From an uncultured Spirochaetota bacterium (lineage in GTDB: Bacteria > Spirochaetota > Spirochaetia > SZUA-6 > Fen-1364), in contig CAVTHO010000007.1 in assembly GCA_963734545.1 (NCBI GenBank), forward strand, positions 512,001 to 576,000: a DNA stretch of 64,000 nucleotides, written 5' to 3'. How positions within the stretch are numbered: position 1 is the first letter of the stretch; every line of letters starts with the position of its first letter. The notes under the pieces are model-generated. The model made no database searches. It saw only the letters and a list, made by a program, of their open reading frames with translations, and was not told the DNA's origin. A program made the position numbers and the translations under genes. This document shows positions 11,256 through 21,046 of this stretch, piece by piece.

Positions 11256-12155
11256 ATGGACAGGACGATCATTATCCGGTCGGCGGGAGGCCTGGGAAAC
11301 CAGTTGTTCCAGTACGCCGCCGGGAAAGGCTCTGGCAAAACGCATTCATGCGGTGCTGAAGCTCGATCTGACCTGGTACGAGAGTCCTCCGCCCGGGTGG
11401 CACGTCGACTGTTCTGTCTGGAGCATTTCGGGATCCGGGAGCTTGTCGCATCGCCCTCTGAGGTCAAGCGGTATCGTGGACGGACTTTATATGGGCGGGC
11501 GCTGCGCAAGGTGTTCCGCAGGGATGTGCGCCTCAGAATCCGCCGTGTTGACAGCGCACACGCCTACTGGGATCTTCGGAGGCTCCTTCGTCTCGAGGGC
11601 ATCTACCTTGACGGGTACTGGCAGAACGAGCGCTATTTTGCCGACGTGCGGAAAGAGATCCGCGCCATCTATGCTGCGCATGGTGAAAGCGCCGGACAGA
11701 GCTTGGAGCTCCGCCGCGAGATCGAAGGCTCGGATTCGATTGCGCTCCATGTGCGGAGAGGCGACTATGCTGCAAATCCAGCGCTCGGTGAAAGATTTGG
11801 AACGTGCAGCGTTGCTTACTACGAGTGGTGTCTTTCGGAGGCAATGAAGGGTCTCGCACACCCAAGAGTCTTTCTTTTTTCGGACGATATGGCCTGGGCG
11901 AGAAGCAGCATTCAGCTCCCACAGGATGTGGTGGTCGTTTCTCCGGAGAATGATGCGGGGGGCCTGGCAAGCTTCGATCTCATGCGCCGCTGCAGGCACT
12001 TCATCATATCCAACAGCTCGTTCAGCTGGTGGGCGGCGTGGCTGGGAGAAGCGCCGACAACCCTGACGTTCGCTCCCACTCCCTGGTTCATGGGCGGGAC
12101 CGACGATGCGGGAATCGTACCCGACCGATGGATAAAGAGGAACGCACGAAAATGA
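11256..12155 (+). CDS. Alpha-1,2-fucosyltransferase (GT11); probably two compensating indels near 11327 and 11405
   Basis: Motifs GGLGNQLFQYA, GYWQNERYF, HVRRGDY, FSDD and IISNSSFSWWAAWL. The alternative frame gives ALAKRIHAVLKLDLTWY, the expected GT11 segment. Confidence 0.9.
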   Translation: MDRTIIIRSAGGLGNQLFQYAAGKGSGKTHSCGAEARSDLVRESSARVARRLFCLEHFGIRELVASPSEVKRYRGRTLYGRALRKVFRRDVRLRIRRVDSAHAYWDLRRLLRLEGIYLDGYWQNERYFADVRKEIRAIYAAHGESAGQSLELRREIEGSDSIALHVRRGDYAANPALGERFGTCSVAYYEWCLSEAMKGLAHPRVFLFSDDMAWARSSIQLPQDVVVVSPENDAGGLASFDLMRRCRHFIISNSSFSWWAAWLGEAPTTLTFAPTPWFMGGTDDAGIVPDRWIKRNARK

Positions 12156-12186
12156 GGGCGGGACAGCGCGGAATGGAGTGTGCAGT

Positions 12187-13017
12187 ATGAACCCTTTCAC
12201 CGCGATATTGCGGCGATTGCGAGGGACGGTCAGATACCAGAATCTCTTTGAACGAATGTTGAAATTCGCTCTTCGCGGCTTGAATATCGGCGCTGAGACA
12301 GGCTCGGAGCAAAACGGGGAGCGCCGAGCGGCTGAGCTCGTGCGTGGCATCCTCGAGGGGGAGCATCCCCCTTTGTACGTTTTTGACGTGGGCGCGAATC
12401 GTGGCGGCTTCTCCCGCATGATTCTTGCGGTCTTTGCCAATACGAATGTGCAGGTCCATCTGTTCGAACCATCGCGAACGCTTTTCGAAGACCTTTCAAA
12501 ACAAATGACAGATCGCGGAGTTGTCCTGAATGCAGTGGCGCTCAGCGATCAGACCGGTGAGGGCACCCTTCATACATCACCCTTGCATCCAAGTCTGGGC
12601 AGTCTTCATGCCCGGGAAATCTCGGCGGAGACATCGCTGCCTCTCGAGGAAAGGGTTGCCCTGGATACCGTCGATACCTACTGCCAGAAGCATGATATAC
12701 CGCATGTTCATTTCCTGAAGATGGACGTGGAAGGACACGAGATGGCAGTCCTGCGCGGTGCGTCGGCAATGCTTTCGTCCGGGCACGTGAGTATCATCCA
12801 GTTCGAGTTTGGCGGCGCAAACCTGGATTCCAGGACGTATTTCCGCGACTTTTGGAACCTCCTGACGCCTCGCTTCTGCCTGTATCGTATTCTCAAGGAC
12901 GGCTTGTACAGGATTGAGGCCTATCATGCCCTGCTCGAGCAGTTCACCTACTCGAACTACGTCGCTATCTCGTCGCAGCTCGTCAACGATCCGTCACGTC
13001 GAACGGTCTTTCACTAG
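12187..13017 (+). CDS. FkbM-family methyltransferase
   Basis: Motifs VFDVGANRG, LFEPS, FLKMDVEGHEMAVLRGA and IIQFEFG. Confidence 0.9.
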   Translation: MNPFTAILRRLRGTVRYQNLFERMLKFALRGLNIGAETGSEQNGERRAAELVRGILEGEHPPLYVFDVGANRGGFSRMILAVFANTNVQVHLFEPSRTLFEDLSKQMTDRGVVLNAVALSDQTGEGTLHTSPLHPSLGSLHAREISAETSLPLEERVALDTVDTYCQKHDIPHVHFLKMDVEGHEMAVLRGASAMLSSGHVSIIQFEFGGANLDSRTYFRDFWNLLTPRFCLYRILKDGLYRIEAYHALLEQFTYSNYVAISSQLVNDPSRRTVFH

Positions 13018-13021
13018 AAGC

Positions 13022-14056
13022 ATGCAATTTTCGGTGATCATACCGCTGCGGGACAAAGGTCCGCACATAGAGCGGGCTCTGCGATCCGTGTATCGGCAGA
13101 CGTACAGAGACTACGAGGTTGTCGTCGTCGACGACGCGTCCACGGACGACGGACTGGACGTGGTCCGACGCATCCAGGACATGAACACCCGTCTGGTCTG
13201 CCGCAATAGGTCCGGCCCTGGTGGATATGCAGCCAGAAACGACGGCATCAGGATTGCGATCAATCCGTGGATCGCATTCCTTGATGCAGATGACGAGTGG
13301 CTGCCCGATCACCTGAAGAACCTCGTCGGCCTGACGACACGCTGGCCCGACGTGCTCTGTCTTGCCTCTGCATATGAACGCGACTATGGCGATGGAGCTC
13401 CGCGCTTGTGCAGCTACGCAACGCGGTTCGGCGGGTTCCACGCGCGTCGAATCGGCTTCGCCGAGTACGTGCGCGAAACAGCTCGTGACCGGTGTCCTGT
13501 CTGGACTTCTGCCGTCGCGGTGCACCGGGAAGCTGTTATTCGTGCGGGTCTCTTCCCAGATGGGCGCTGTACCAGGGGCGGAGATGTCGATACATGGCTG
13601 AGAATCGCAGAGCTCACGGACATCGGATGGTCGTCAGCAGTCGGCGCGCGATACCATCGAGACTCTGTCAACATGGTGACACGCCAGATACCTCCTCAGC
13701 TCTGTCACTGCGTGGATGAAACGATCGTCGACATGATCCGGCGAAAACCTGCAGGAGGCAGGCTCGCTTCGGCCCCGGCCACTGCGCTGAAACGCGTCGC
13801 CAACTACTACAAGAAGCCGGCCTTCAAACGGGCAGTCAGGTCTGGGGAGATTCGCGTCAGAGATGTGCGGCATCTGTACTTCTGGGCCGATCCCCTTTAC
13901 GTCACGGTAATCATGCTTGCGGCGGCTGCCCCGAATTCGCTGCTCGCGGCTCTTATTCGCACGCTTCGGCTGCGAGAAGCGCCTACGGTCGATTGCGTGG
14001 CAGCATCCAATGAAAAGAGTCCTCGTCATCTCTTCCCTGGCCAGCGGAGGGGCTGA
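13022..14056 (+). CDS. GT2 glycosyltransferase
   Basis: Motifs FSVIIPL, VVVVDDASTD, AARNDGI, IAFLDADD and GGDVDTWLR. Confidence 0.9.
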   Translation: MQFSVIIPLRDKGPHIERALRSVYRQTYRDYEVVVVDDASTDDGLDVVRRIQDMNTRLVCRNRSGPGGYAARNDGIRIAINPWIAFLDADDEWLPDHLKNLVGLTTRWPDVLCLASAYERDYGDGAPRLCSYATRFGGFHARRIGFAEYVRETARDRCPVWTSAVAVHREAVIRAGLFPDGRCTRGGDVDTWLRIAELTDIGWSSAVGARYHRDSVNMVTRQIPPQLCHCVDETIVDMIRRKPAGGRLASAPATALKRVANYYKKPAFKRAVRSGEIRVRDVRHLYFWADPLYVTVIMLAAAAPNSLLAALIRTLRLREAPTVDCVAASNEKSPRHLFPGQRRG

Positions 14057-15136
14057 AAAGCTGCTCGTCACGCTTGCGGATGAGTGGGCTCGGCGCGGGG
14101 ATGATGTCCGGTCATTACGCATTCGATCCACCGTATCGGACAGGTATCACCTGTCGGAGCGCGTCAGAAGGATTTCCGCTCGGAGCCGATGCCCTGCGCT
14201 GGTACTCGATCGTTCGATACTTGAAGCTGCTGTGGCGGCTTCGACGAGCAATCCGGCGCGCCGCGCCGGATTTCATTCTCTCGTTTATCATCAAGACGAA
14301 TATTCTTACTCTGCTTGCCACTATCGGCCTGCCTTTCCCGTTGTTGCGAGTGAGCATTCGGTCATCAAGAGAGCCGACATATCGCGCCGAAACGGCTGGC
14401 TTCGCCGCCTGGCATATCGGCGGGCCGCGTGCATTGTTGTGCTGACCGAGACCGCGAGAAAGGCGCTCAGGGGCATCCTTGCCTCGCGCACGTGTAGTGT
14501 CGATTCCGAATCCTGTCATGGTGGAGCCGGCATCCGAGGCTTTCAAGGCCCCTGACCTTCGCCGCTATTTCCCGGGATCGACAGGGAAGGACCTGCGTTT
14601 TCTCGTCGGCATGGGACGGCTGCATCCTGTCAAAGGATTCGACCTTCTGCTCGAAGCGTTTGCTCTGGTCCACGGAAACCACCCGGAATGGCGGCTCCTT
14701 ATCGTGGGAGAGGGCGACGAGCGGCCCAGGCTGGAGGCAATCGCAGGGCGGCATGGCCTGCAGGACGTTGTCTCCAATGCCCGGCTTCCTGACTGATCCC
14801 CAGGCCGTGCTGCATGCCGCAGATCTCTTTGCGGTTCCCTCGAGGTTCGAAGGATTCGGAAACGTGATACTCGAAGCCATGACGGCCGGCGTGCCCGTAG
14901 TCGCCTTCAACTGCCCGGACGGCCCCCGGGAGATTATCACAGACGGTCGCGACGGAATCCTCGTGGAGCGGGAAAACCCTCGCGCCATGGCGGCAGCAAT
15001 CCTGCGGTTGATGGACAGCCCGGAAGAACGCAATCGCCTGGCGCAGGCAGCGCTGCAGACAGTCAAACGCTACGAGATGGGCCGGATCCTGGAGATGTGG
15101 GACCGCGTGCTCGTGCCGCTGACGGTCAAGGCCTGA
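14010..15136 (+). CDS. GT4 glycosyltransferase (PglJ/AmsD-like); several apparent frameshifts
   Basis: Fragments in different frames: ISSLASGGAEK, VASEHS, SIPNPV, GMGRLHPVKGFDLL, and SRFEGFGNVILEAMTAGVPVVAFNCPDGP (EX7E). Confidence 0.8.
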
Positions 15137-15140
15137 AATC

Positions 15141-16295
15141 GTGACCATCGTTGGTGTCTTCTACAATAGCGAGTTCAGGACCGGCGGACACACACGCTAC
15201 ATCGAGCTCATGGAAGCCCTTGCACGACGGGGCCATCATGTCCACGTGCTGATGAACAGCCTCCTTTCCTACGAGCCACGCTTTTTCCAGGCGGAGCAGA
15301 GGCGCGTGGCATATCGGCGCAAGGCATTCCCTCCGGCGTCATGGATATTTGCCGCGGCCGCGAGAAGTGAGGCTGCAAGGCTTGGTCGGAGAATCTCGAC
15401 TCCTGACGCAGTGCTGATATTCGGGGAAACGCACCTTGCAGCGGGCAGGGCGCTGGCACGCGCGCTTGCGACAAAGCTCGTCTATGCGCACCGCTCCAAT
15501 GGAGTCAGGGAGGCGCTCACCTATTCCGCAGAGGCGAGGGGAATGCCGGTGAGACGCCTCCTTCTCCTGCCGACTATCGCGAAGGCGATGCAGGAGGAGA
15601 GACGAATTGCCCGCGCGGCTGACCTGGTTGTCTTTCAGAGCTCCTTTGACCGGGAGGATTTCCGCACACGCGTGCCCATGCCAGATGGGCAGGCAACGAT
15701 CATCCGCGGGGATATCCTGGGCCCGCGCTTCAAGGCAGAGTACGCAAAGGTCAACAAGTCGACGGCATTGAGGCAGATCGCGTTCATGGGGACGCACGGA
15801 CACCGCAAGGGCCTTGATTACCTGATCGAGGCCGTGCGTATCCTGCATGCACGCGGGTATCGGGAGCTTCGCTTCGAGATCTGCGGGCCCGGAGAGCGAT
15901 TCGAGGAACTTGCCGCACGCCTTGACGCACAGGGCCTTTCGGAAATGACCACGCTTCGGGGAAGAGTTGCCGATCCATTCCTTGTCATCGGAGGCTCGGA
16001 TCTGCTCGTGGTACCCTCGCTCTTCGACAGTTACCCGAACTCGGTGCTCGAGGCGCTCCACGCCGGGACGCCGGTGATCGGGAGCAGGGTCGGAGGCATT
16101 CCCGATCAGCTTCAATATGAAGAGCTTCTTTTTCCGCCGATGGATGCGCGCGCCATCGCGGATCGTATTGAACGCTGCGTGCGCGAACCCGGATTCTACC
16201 AGCGGATTCGCCGGCTCTGCGCAGAGCGGCGCGCGAGCTTCGAGTTTGATTGGGCAGAAGCCTGGGAGAATGAGATTGCGGCGCTCAGCCGCTGA
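15141..16295 (+). CDS. GT4 glycosyltransferase
   Basis: Motifs TGGHTR, RKGLDYLIEA and VPSLFDSYPNSVLEALHAGTPVIGSRVGGIP. Confidence 0.85.
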   Translation: MTIVGVFYNSEFRTGGHTRYIELMEALARRGHHVHVLMNSLLSYEPRFFQAEQRRVAYRRKAFPPASWIFAAAARSEAARLGRRISTPDAVLIFGETHLAAGRALARALATKLVYAHRSNGVREALTYSAEARGMPVRRLLLLPTIAKAMQEERRIARAADLVVFQSSFDREDFRTRVPMPDGQATIIRGDILGPRFKAEYAKVNKSTALRQIAFMGTHGHRKGLDYLIEAVRILHARGYRELRFEICGPGERFEELAARLDAQGLSEMTTLRGRVADPFLVIGGSDLLVVPSLFDSYPNSVLEALHAGTPVIGSRVGGIPDQLQYEELLFPPMDARAIADRIERCVREPGFYQRIRRLCAERRASFEFDWAEAWENEIAALSR

Positions 16296-16320
16296 TGGCC
16301 GGACGAGGAGGAGCTCAGCA

Positions 16321-17346
16321 GTGGAACGAATGATCATCATGGATCGCAATGAGAACAACTATGGTCCGTCTCCCAAGTGCCACGAGGTCATGAGAAACAT
16401 GACGATGGAGTACTTCTCCACGTATTCGCGCGACTACCCCCGGCGAATCAAGAGCCGCATCGCGGAGCAGTACGACGTGAATCCCGATAATGTGATCGTG
16501 GGGTACGGGGCGGAGGACCTTCTCAAGCAGGTCATCCACTGGGCCGCGGAGCCCTCCTCTACGATCGCACTGCCCGACATGTCCTGGTGGTACTACAAGC
16601 ACATTGTGGGAGAGGTCGGAGCGAAAATGGCCGAGTACCACATGAAGGAAACACCCGATACGTGGGATTTCGACGACCAGGAGATCTTCTCGATATTGAA
16701 GAAAAAACCCCGGCTCTTCATCATCGCATCTCCCAGCAATCCGACAGGGAACTTTCTGTCCGTGAAGAGGATGAAGAGCCTTCTCGCCGCGAAAGACCCG
16801 TCCACGCTGTTCGTTCTCGACGAGGCCTATTGGGGATTCGGCGCCGAGCCTTTCCCCGAGAGAGAAGTCGCTGAGCATGCGAACTTCATCCTCCTGAGGA
16901 CGCTTTCGAAGTACTATGCCCTGGCAGGGCTTCGCATCGGGTTTGCGTTCATCGGGAAAGGCCTGGCCGACTTTGCCACCTACAAGAGCGTCTACCTCGG
17001 ATTCAACCGGACCTCGGAGGAAATGCTGTTCGCGGCATTAGACAACGAATCGGACTCCTATTACAGGGAAAAGGCCGCGATGATCATCGAGGACGGGAAG
17101 ATGTTCTTCGAGGAGCTCCGCGGAATGGGGTTCAAGCCCTTCCGCTCGTGCGCGAACTTCATCCTCGCGCGGCTGCCCGCGGATGACTATGCCCTGCTGA
17201 AGGAGAAGCTGCCCCTTCGGGGATTCGTCATCAGATTCCTCACAGAAGGGGCATTCGAGAATTGCATCCGCATTTCCATAGGGACCCGCGAGCAGAACCA
17301 TCTCCTGATAGAGATCATGAAGGACCTGCTGCGCAGCAAGGCCTGA
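16321..17346 (+). CDS. Fold-type I PLP enzyme, HisC/CobD-like (aminotransferase or decarboxylase)
   Basis: GTG start after GAGGAG. Motifs DRNENNYGPSP, SPSNPTG, LDEAY, LRTLSKYYALAGLRIG (PLP lysine) and RISIGT. Confidence 0.85.
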   Translation: MERMIIMDRNENNYGPSPKCHEVMRNMTMEYFSTYSRDYPRRIKSRIAEQYDVNPDNVIVGYGAEDLLKQVIHWAAEPSSTIALPDMSWWYYKHIVGEVGAKMAEYHMKETPDTWDFDDQEIFSILKKKPRLFIIASPSNPTGNFLSVKRMKSLLAAKDPSTLFVLDEAYWGFGAEPFPEREVAEHANFILLRTLSKYYALAGLRIGFAFIGKGLADFATYKSVYLGFNRTSEEMLFAALDNESDSYYREKAAMIIEDGKMFFEELRGMGFKPFRSCANFILARLPADDYALLKEKLPLRGFVIRFLTEGAFENCIRISIGTREQNHLLIEIMKDLLRSKA

Positions 17347-17349
17347 GAC

Positions 17350-18078
17350 ATGCAGGTGGTCCTCCTTGCCGCGGGTCTTGCCCAGAGACTCCGCCCGCTG
17401 ACCGATCTCTGCCCGAAATGCCTTCTCGACGTCGGCGGGAGGTCGATTCTCGAGAGGGCCGTGGACACGTTGACGTTGTGCGGCCTTGCAGATTTTGTCG
17501 TCGTGACCGGCTACAAGGCGGCAATGATCAGGGAGCGGATCGAGGCGCGCTATCCGAGACTCTCGGTGAAATGGATCACGAACGAGCGCTACGCCGAAAC
17601 GAACAATGCCTATTCCCTGATGCTGGCTGAACGGGCCGTCGAGGGAGAGTTCCTGCTGCTGGACAGCGATATCCTTTTCCCCGCAGGGCTGGTGCAGAAG
17701 CTGAGGGAATGCCGCGACCTGCCCTGCCTTGCGTTTGATCGCCATCCCTGCGGCGATGAGGAAATCAAGGTCCTTCTGGACGCGCATCAGGACGTGCGGG
17801 ATATTGGCAAGGAAATCGACCCATCCCAGGCAGCCGGTGAATCAATCGGCATCGAAATCTTCTCTGATGCGGCACGACAGGAGTTGTTCCGCACCCTTCA
17901 CCGAAGGATCGTCTCCCAGCGGCGCGAAAACGAGTTCTACGAAGCATCCTTCAAGGAGATGATCGGCAACGGCACGAGCTTCCATGCCGTCGATACGACT
18001 GATTTCCCGGCCATGGAAATCGATTCAGCCGAGGATCTGCAAAGGGCGCGGGTGAGATACTCGGCAGAGGGGCGCTGA
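17350..18078 (+). CDS. LicC/IPCT-like phospho-alcohol cytidylyltransferase
   Basis: Motifs LLAAGLAQRLRP...PKCLL, VVTGY, NERYAETNNAYSL, GESIGI and EIDSAEDL. Starts 3 nt after the PLP-enzyme stop. Confidence 0.8.
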   Translation: MQVVLLAAGLAQRLRPLTDLCPKCLLDVGGRSILERAVDTLTLCGLADFVVVTGYKAAMIRERIEARYPRLSVKWITNERYAETNNAYSLMLAERAVEGEFLLLDSDILFPAGLVQKLRECRDLPCLAFDRHPCGDEEIKVLLDAHQDVRDIGKEIDPSQAAGESIGIEIFSDAARQELFRTLHRRIVSQRRENEFYEASFKEMIGNGTSFHAVDTTDFPAMEIDSAEDLQRARVRYSAEGR

Positions 18079-18079
18079 C

Positions 18080-19196
18080 TCAGACGCGGGAAAGCTCTTC
18101 GTAGACGGAGAGAAGGCGTTGCGCGCTCCGCGTCCATGAGAAGAGCGGAACGCGCGCGGCACCACGTTCGACAAGCTGAGCGCGGAATTGCCTGTCGGCG
18201 ATAACGCGATGCATCGCCTCTGAAAGGGCAACGGCGTCATGGGGATCTTCAACGACGCAGGCCGCGTCCCCGACAATCTCCCGGATTGCGAATCCCGGAG
18301 TCGTGATGACGGGACAGCCGCAGGCCATTGCCTCGACATTGGGCATGCCGAACCCCTCTGCGAAGGAGGGAAAGACGAAGGCGTCCGCCGCGTTCATGAG
18401 CTCCGCAACGTCGCTTCTCGGGAACAAAGCCGGGGGTGATGAAACGCTCGGAGATGCCGAGTGCCGTCGCACGCGTCTTGACGGCTTCCGCTCCCCACCC
18501 TCCGCCCGCGCACACGAGGCTGTGCCGCGTTCCGTATTTCTTGACGAAACAGGCGAACGCTTCCAGGAGTGTCCATGGATTCTTGCGCTCGGAAAATCGG
18601 CTGACGTGCAGGATGTAGGGATGCGGCGCACCATAGCGTTCGGGCGCGGTGATCTCGTTTCTCGGCAGGACGCGGTAGAGGGGTGAAAGACCGTTGTAGC
18701 AGACGACGATGTTTTCGGGCGGCACCCGGAAACGCGTGACGAAAAAGCTCGCGCTGGTTTCCGAGACGGTCACGATTCGGTCCATGCGTCTTGCATAGGA
18801 AGGGCCGATGAGCCGCTCGTGCAGGAGCTCTGCCTTTCCGTAGAATTGCGGCACAAGAAACTGTTCGGCTCCGTGGATCGTGGCGACCTTGCGGGATCTC
18901 ACTCCCCAGATGGGAGCGTAGATAGTGAGGGGCGTGTAGTGAACCACGTCGAAGGCCTGCCTCCTGAGGGAGAAGGCAGCAAGGAGAGGATTCCGTGGAA
19001 CGATCAGCTCGCGGACGCGCCTGTATATCTGATTGTCACTGGGGCGGTAGTGGATAAAAGTGAAGTCGAAACGGCCGTCATTGAGGTCCAGGACGGAGCC
19101 CAGAATCTCGTTCAGGTGATGCCCGGAGCCGGAGGTCCAATTGTCGAGCTGCTTGGAGAAGATCCCGATGCGCGGGCGTCCGTTCCTGCTTTTCAT
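18080..19196 (-). CDS. GT4 glycosyltransferase (MtfB/WbaZ-like); apparent frameshift near 18420
   Basis: Motifs ATIHG, IVTVSETS, YNGL and SERKNP, followed in another frame by FVFPSFAEGFGMPNVEAMACGCPVI. Confidence 0.85.
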
Positions 19197-19202
19197 CCAG
19201 TC

Positions 19203-19231
19203 ATGATAGCTATCAACCGACGGGTCTTCAA
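19203..19231 (-). promoter_or_regulatory. Sigma70-type promoter TTGAAG-N17-TATCAT, 6 nt upstream of the GT4 ATG (leaderless geometry), overlapping the palindrome TGATAGCTATCA (19204-19215)
   Basis: Minus strand reads ttgaag acccgtcggttgatagc tatcat gactgg ATG. Confidence 0.55.
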
Positions 19232-19234
19232 GCT

Positions 19235-20315
19235 GTGAACGGCATCACGGTATTGTCCATTCACGATCGGATCGCGTGCTTTCATTCGCTGCAGCCGTTC
19301 CTTTTCTCCCGCTCCGCACGGCGCTTCACATTCACGAGCTCGCCCGAGTGGTGCCTTGCGCGTGACCGCAATGAAACCCTGATAATGGTCCGTCTCTTCA
19401 TCAAGCCTGACCGCGTTGATGAAGAGCTCCTGCGGCGACTCCGCGCCCGCTACAGGCGCATTGCTTTTTTCCACGATGATGCAGGGGGAGGCATCCCGCG
19501 CCTGGAAGTCCTCCCGCACGTCGATCTGTTCTTCTCGAAGGCGCTCTTCCGCGACCGCTCGCTGTATGGGAAACCCCTCTATGGCAAGGAGCTGTACTCC
19601 GACTACTTCCATCGCACCTACGGCGTCGTCGATCCCGATCACCGGGAGCGGCCGTCTGAATCGCGGCCCGAGCAGCTCGCGAAGCTGCGTCTATCGTGGA
19701 ATATCGGCGTGGGCGACTACCCGAGGGGGAAGCTTCGTCAACGGACGGGCGTAGCGGCTTCCCTGGCGCTCGGCTTTCGCGCATCGAAGTTTTTCTACAG
19801 CCATTCCAGACTGAATCCCGACCCCGTGGGGACCAACAAGGGCATTTTCCCCGTGCACGCGCGCATCGGTCTTGTCCGGCGGCCCTCGATTGCTCACCAG
19901 CGCAAGCTCATCCTCGAACGAATCAGTGGCGAAGATGATTTCCTGACAGGCGAGGTCTCGCAGCGACGCTTCAATTACGAGGTCAAGAACTCCCGTATCA
20001 CCTTGAGCCCGTTCGGCTGGGGAGAGCTTTGCCTGCGGGACTTTGAGGCCGTCCGGGCAGGGTCGCTTGCTCCTCAAGCCTGACATGTCCCACCTGGAAA
20101 CCTGGCCCGATATCTTCGTGCCTCTGGACACGTACGTTCCTTTCGACTGGGAGGGACAAAACCTTGTCGAGCAGGCACGCACATACCTGCGTGACGAGGC
20201 CGCACGGGCACGGATCGCGCGCCGGGCATTTGCGCGCTACCAGGAACAACTCGCCGGCCTGAGACGCGCGTTTCGAATCGGTGATCGCCGAAATAGAGGG
20301 AAAGGAGCGAATGAG
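19235..20315 (+). CDS. CgeB/Glyco_trans_1_2-like glycosyltransferase; frameshift near 20068, 3' end uncertain
   Basis: Motifs FFHDDAG and SRITLSPFGWGELCLRDFEAVRAG, continuing in another frame as LLKPDMSHLETWP...YVP...RIARRA. Confidence 0.65.
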
Positions 20316-20319
20316 GGAC

Positions 20320-21046
20320 ATGGCCCGAATCACCATCGCGGAAATAGTCGCCACCCTGCCGCCGGAGAAGAAGAAATGACACTCCCTTCAGCAAGTTCGT
20401 CCTCAGGCCGCTTTCTTTCCCGGCTGCGTGGATCTTCCTTGCGCTCGGCTGGGGGCCGAATGGAGTCACCTATCTGTCGGCCGTGTTCTGCCTCTTCGGA
20501 TTCGGGTTCCTCGTCGCAGGGCCGGTGTGGGCGGCGTGGGTCGGGTTTGGGTTCTTCTTCCTCTTTGGAATTCTCGACTGCGCAGACGGCAACGTGGCGC
20601 GGGTACGCCGAAAACCGAGCCAGTGGGGGGAGTGGGTGGACGCGTTCGGCGGCTACGTTGCATACACCACGATCCTGCTCGGAGCGGGCGCTGCTGCGCA
20701 ATCGCAGGGCGCGGGCGGGTTCCCCGGGATCAGCGGCGCGGTTCTCCCATGGGCCGGAGGCTGGGTGCTCGTCGGCGGCGTGACCGCCGCTGCCAACCTG
20801 TTCATGAGGACCATTTACCAGGCCCATCGCGCCATCAAGCCGGATCCCGGCCGCGCCAGCGTGGGTGAGGAAAAGAACCTCAGCAATCACCTTGGCATTA
20901 CCGGCATGCTTCTGCCCGCATTTGCCCTGGGTTTCGGCCTGGGCATATTGCCATGGGTCCTTGCCGCGTACGCGGTATTCTATTGCGGTGGCTGCCTGCT
21001 CGTGTCCGTGAACCTGATACGCCGCGTGGAATCGGAGATCAAATGA
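20320..21046 (+). CDS. CDP-alcohol phosphotransferase family membrane protein; apparent frameshift near 20376
   Basis: Family signature DxxDGxxAR...GxxxD present as DCADGNVARVRRKPSQWGEWVD, preceded by RPLS...GPNGVT. The N-terminus MARITIAEIVATLPPEKK is in the neighbouring frame. Confidence 0.8.

Noticed and set aside
16321-18078. Phosphonate (AEP) biosynthesis cassette
   Set aside because: No PEP mutase (EDKxxxxxNS) or phosphonopyruvate decarboxylase is present, and the PLP enzyme is class I/II rather than the class V AEP transaminase type.
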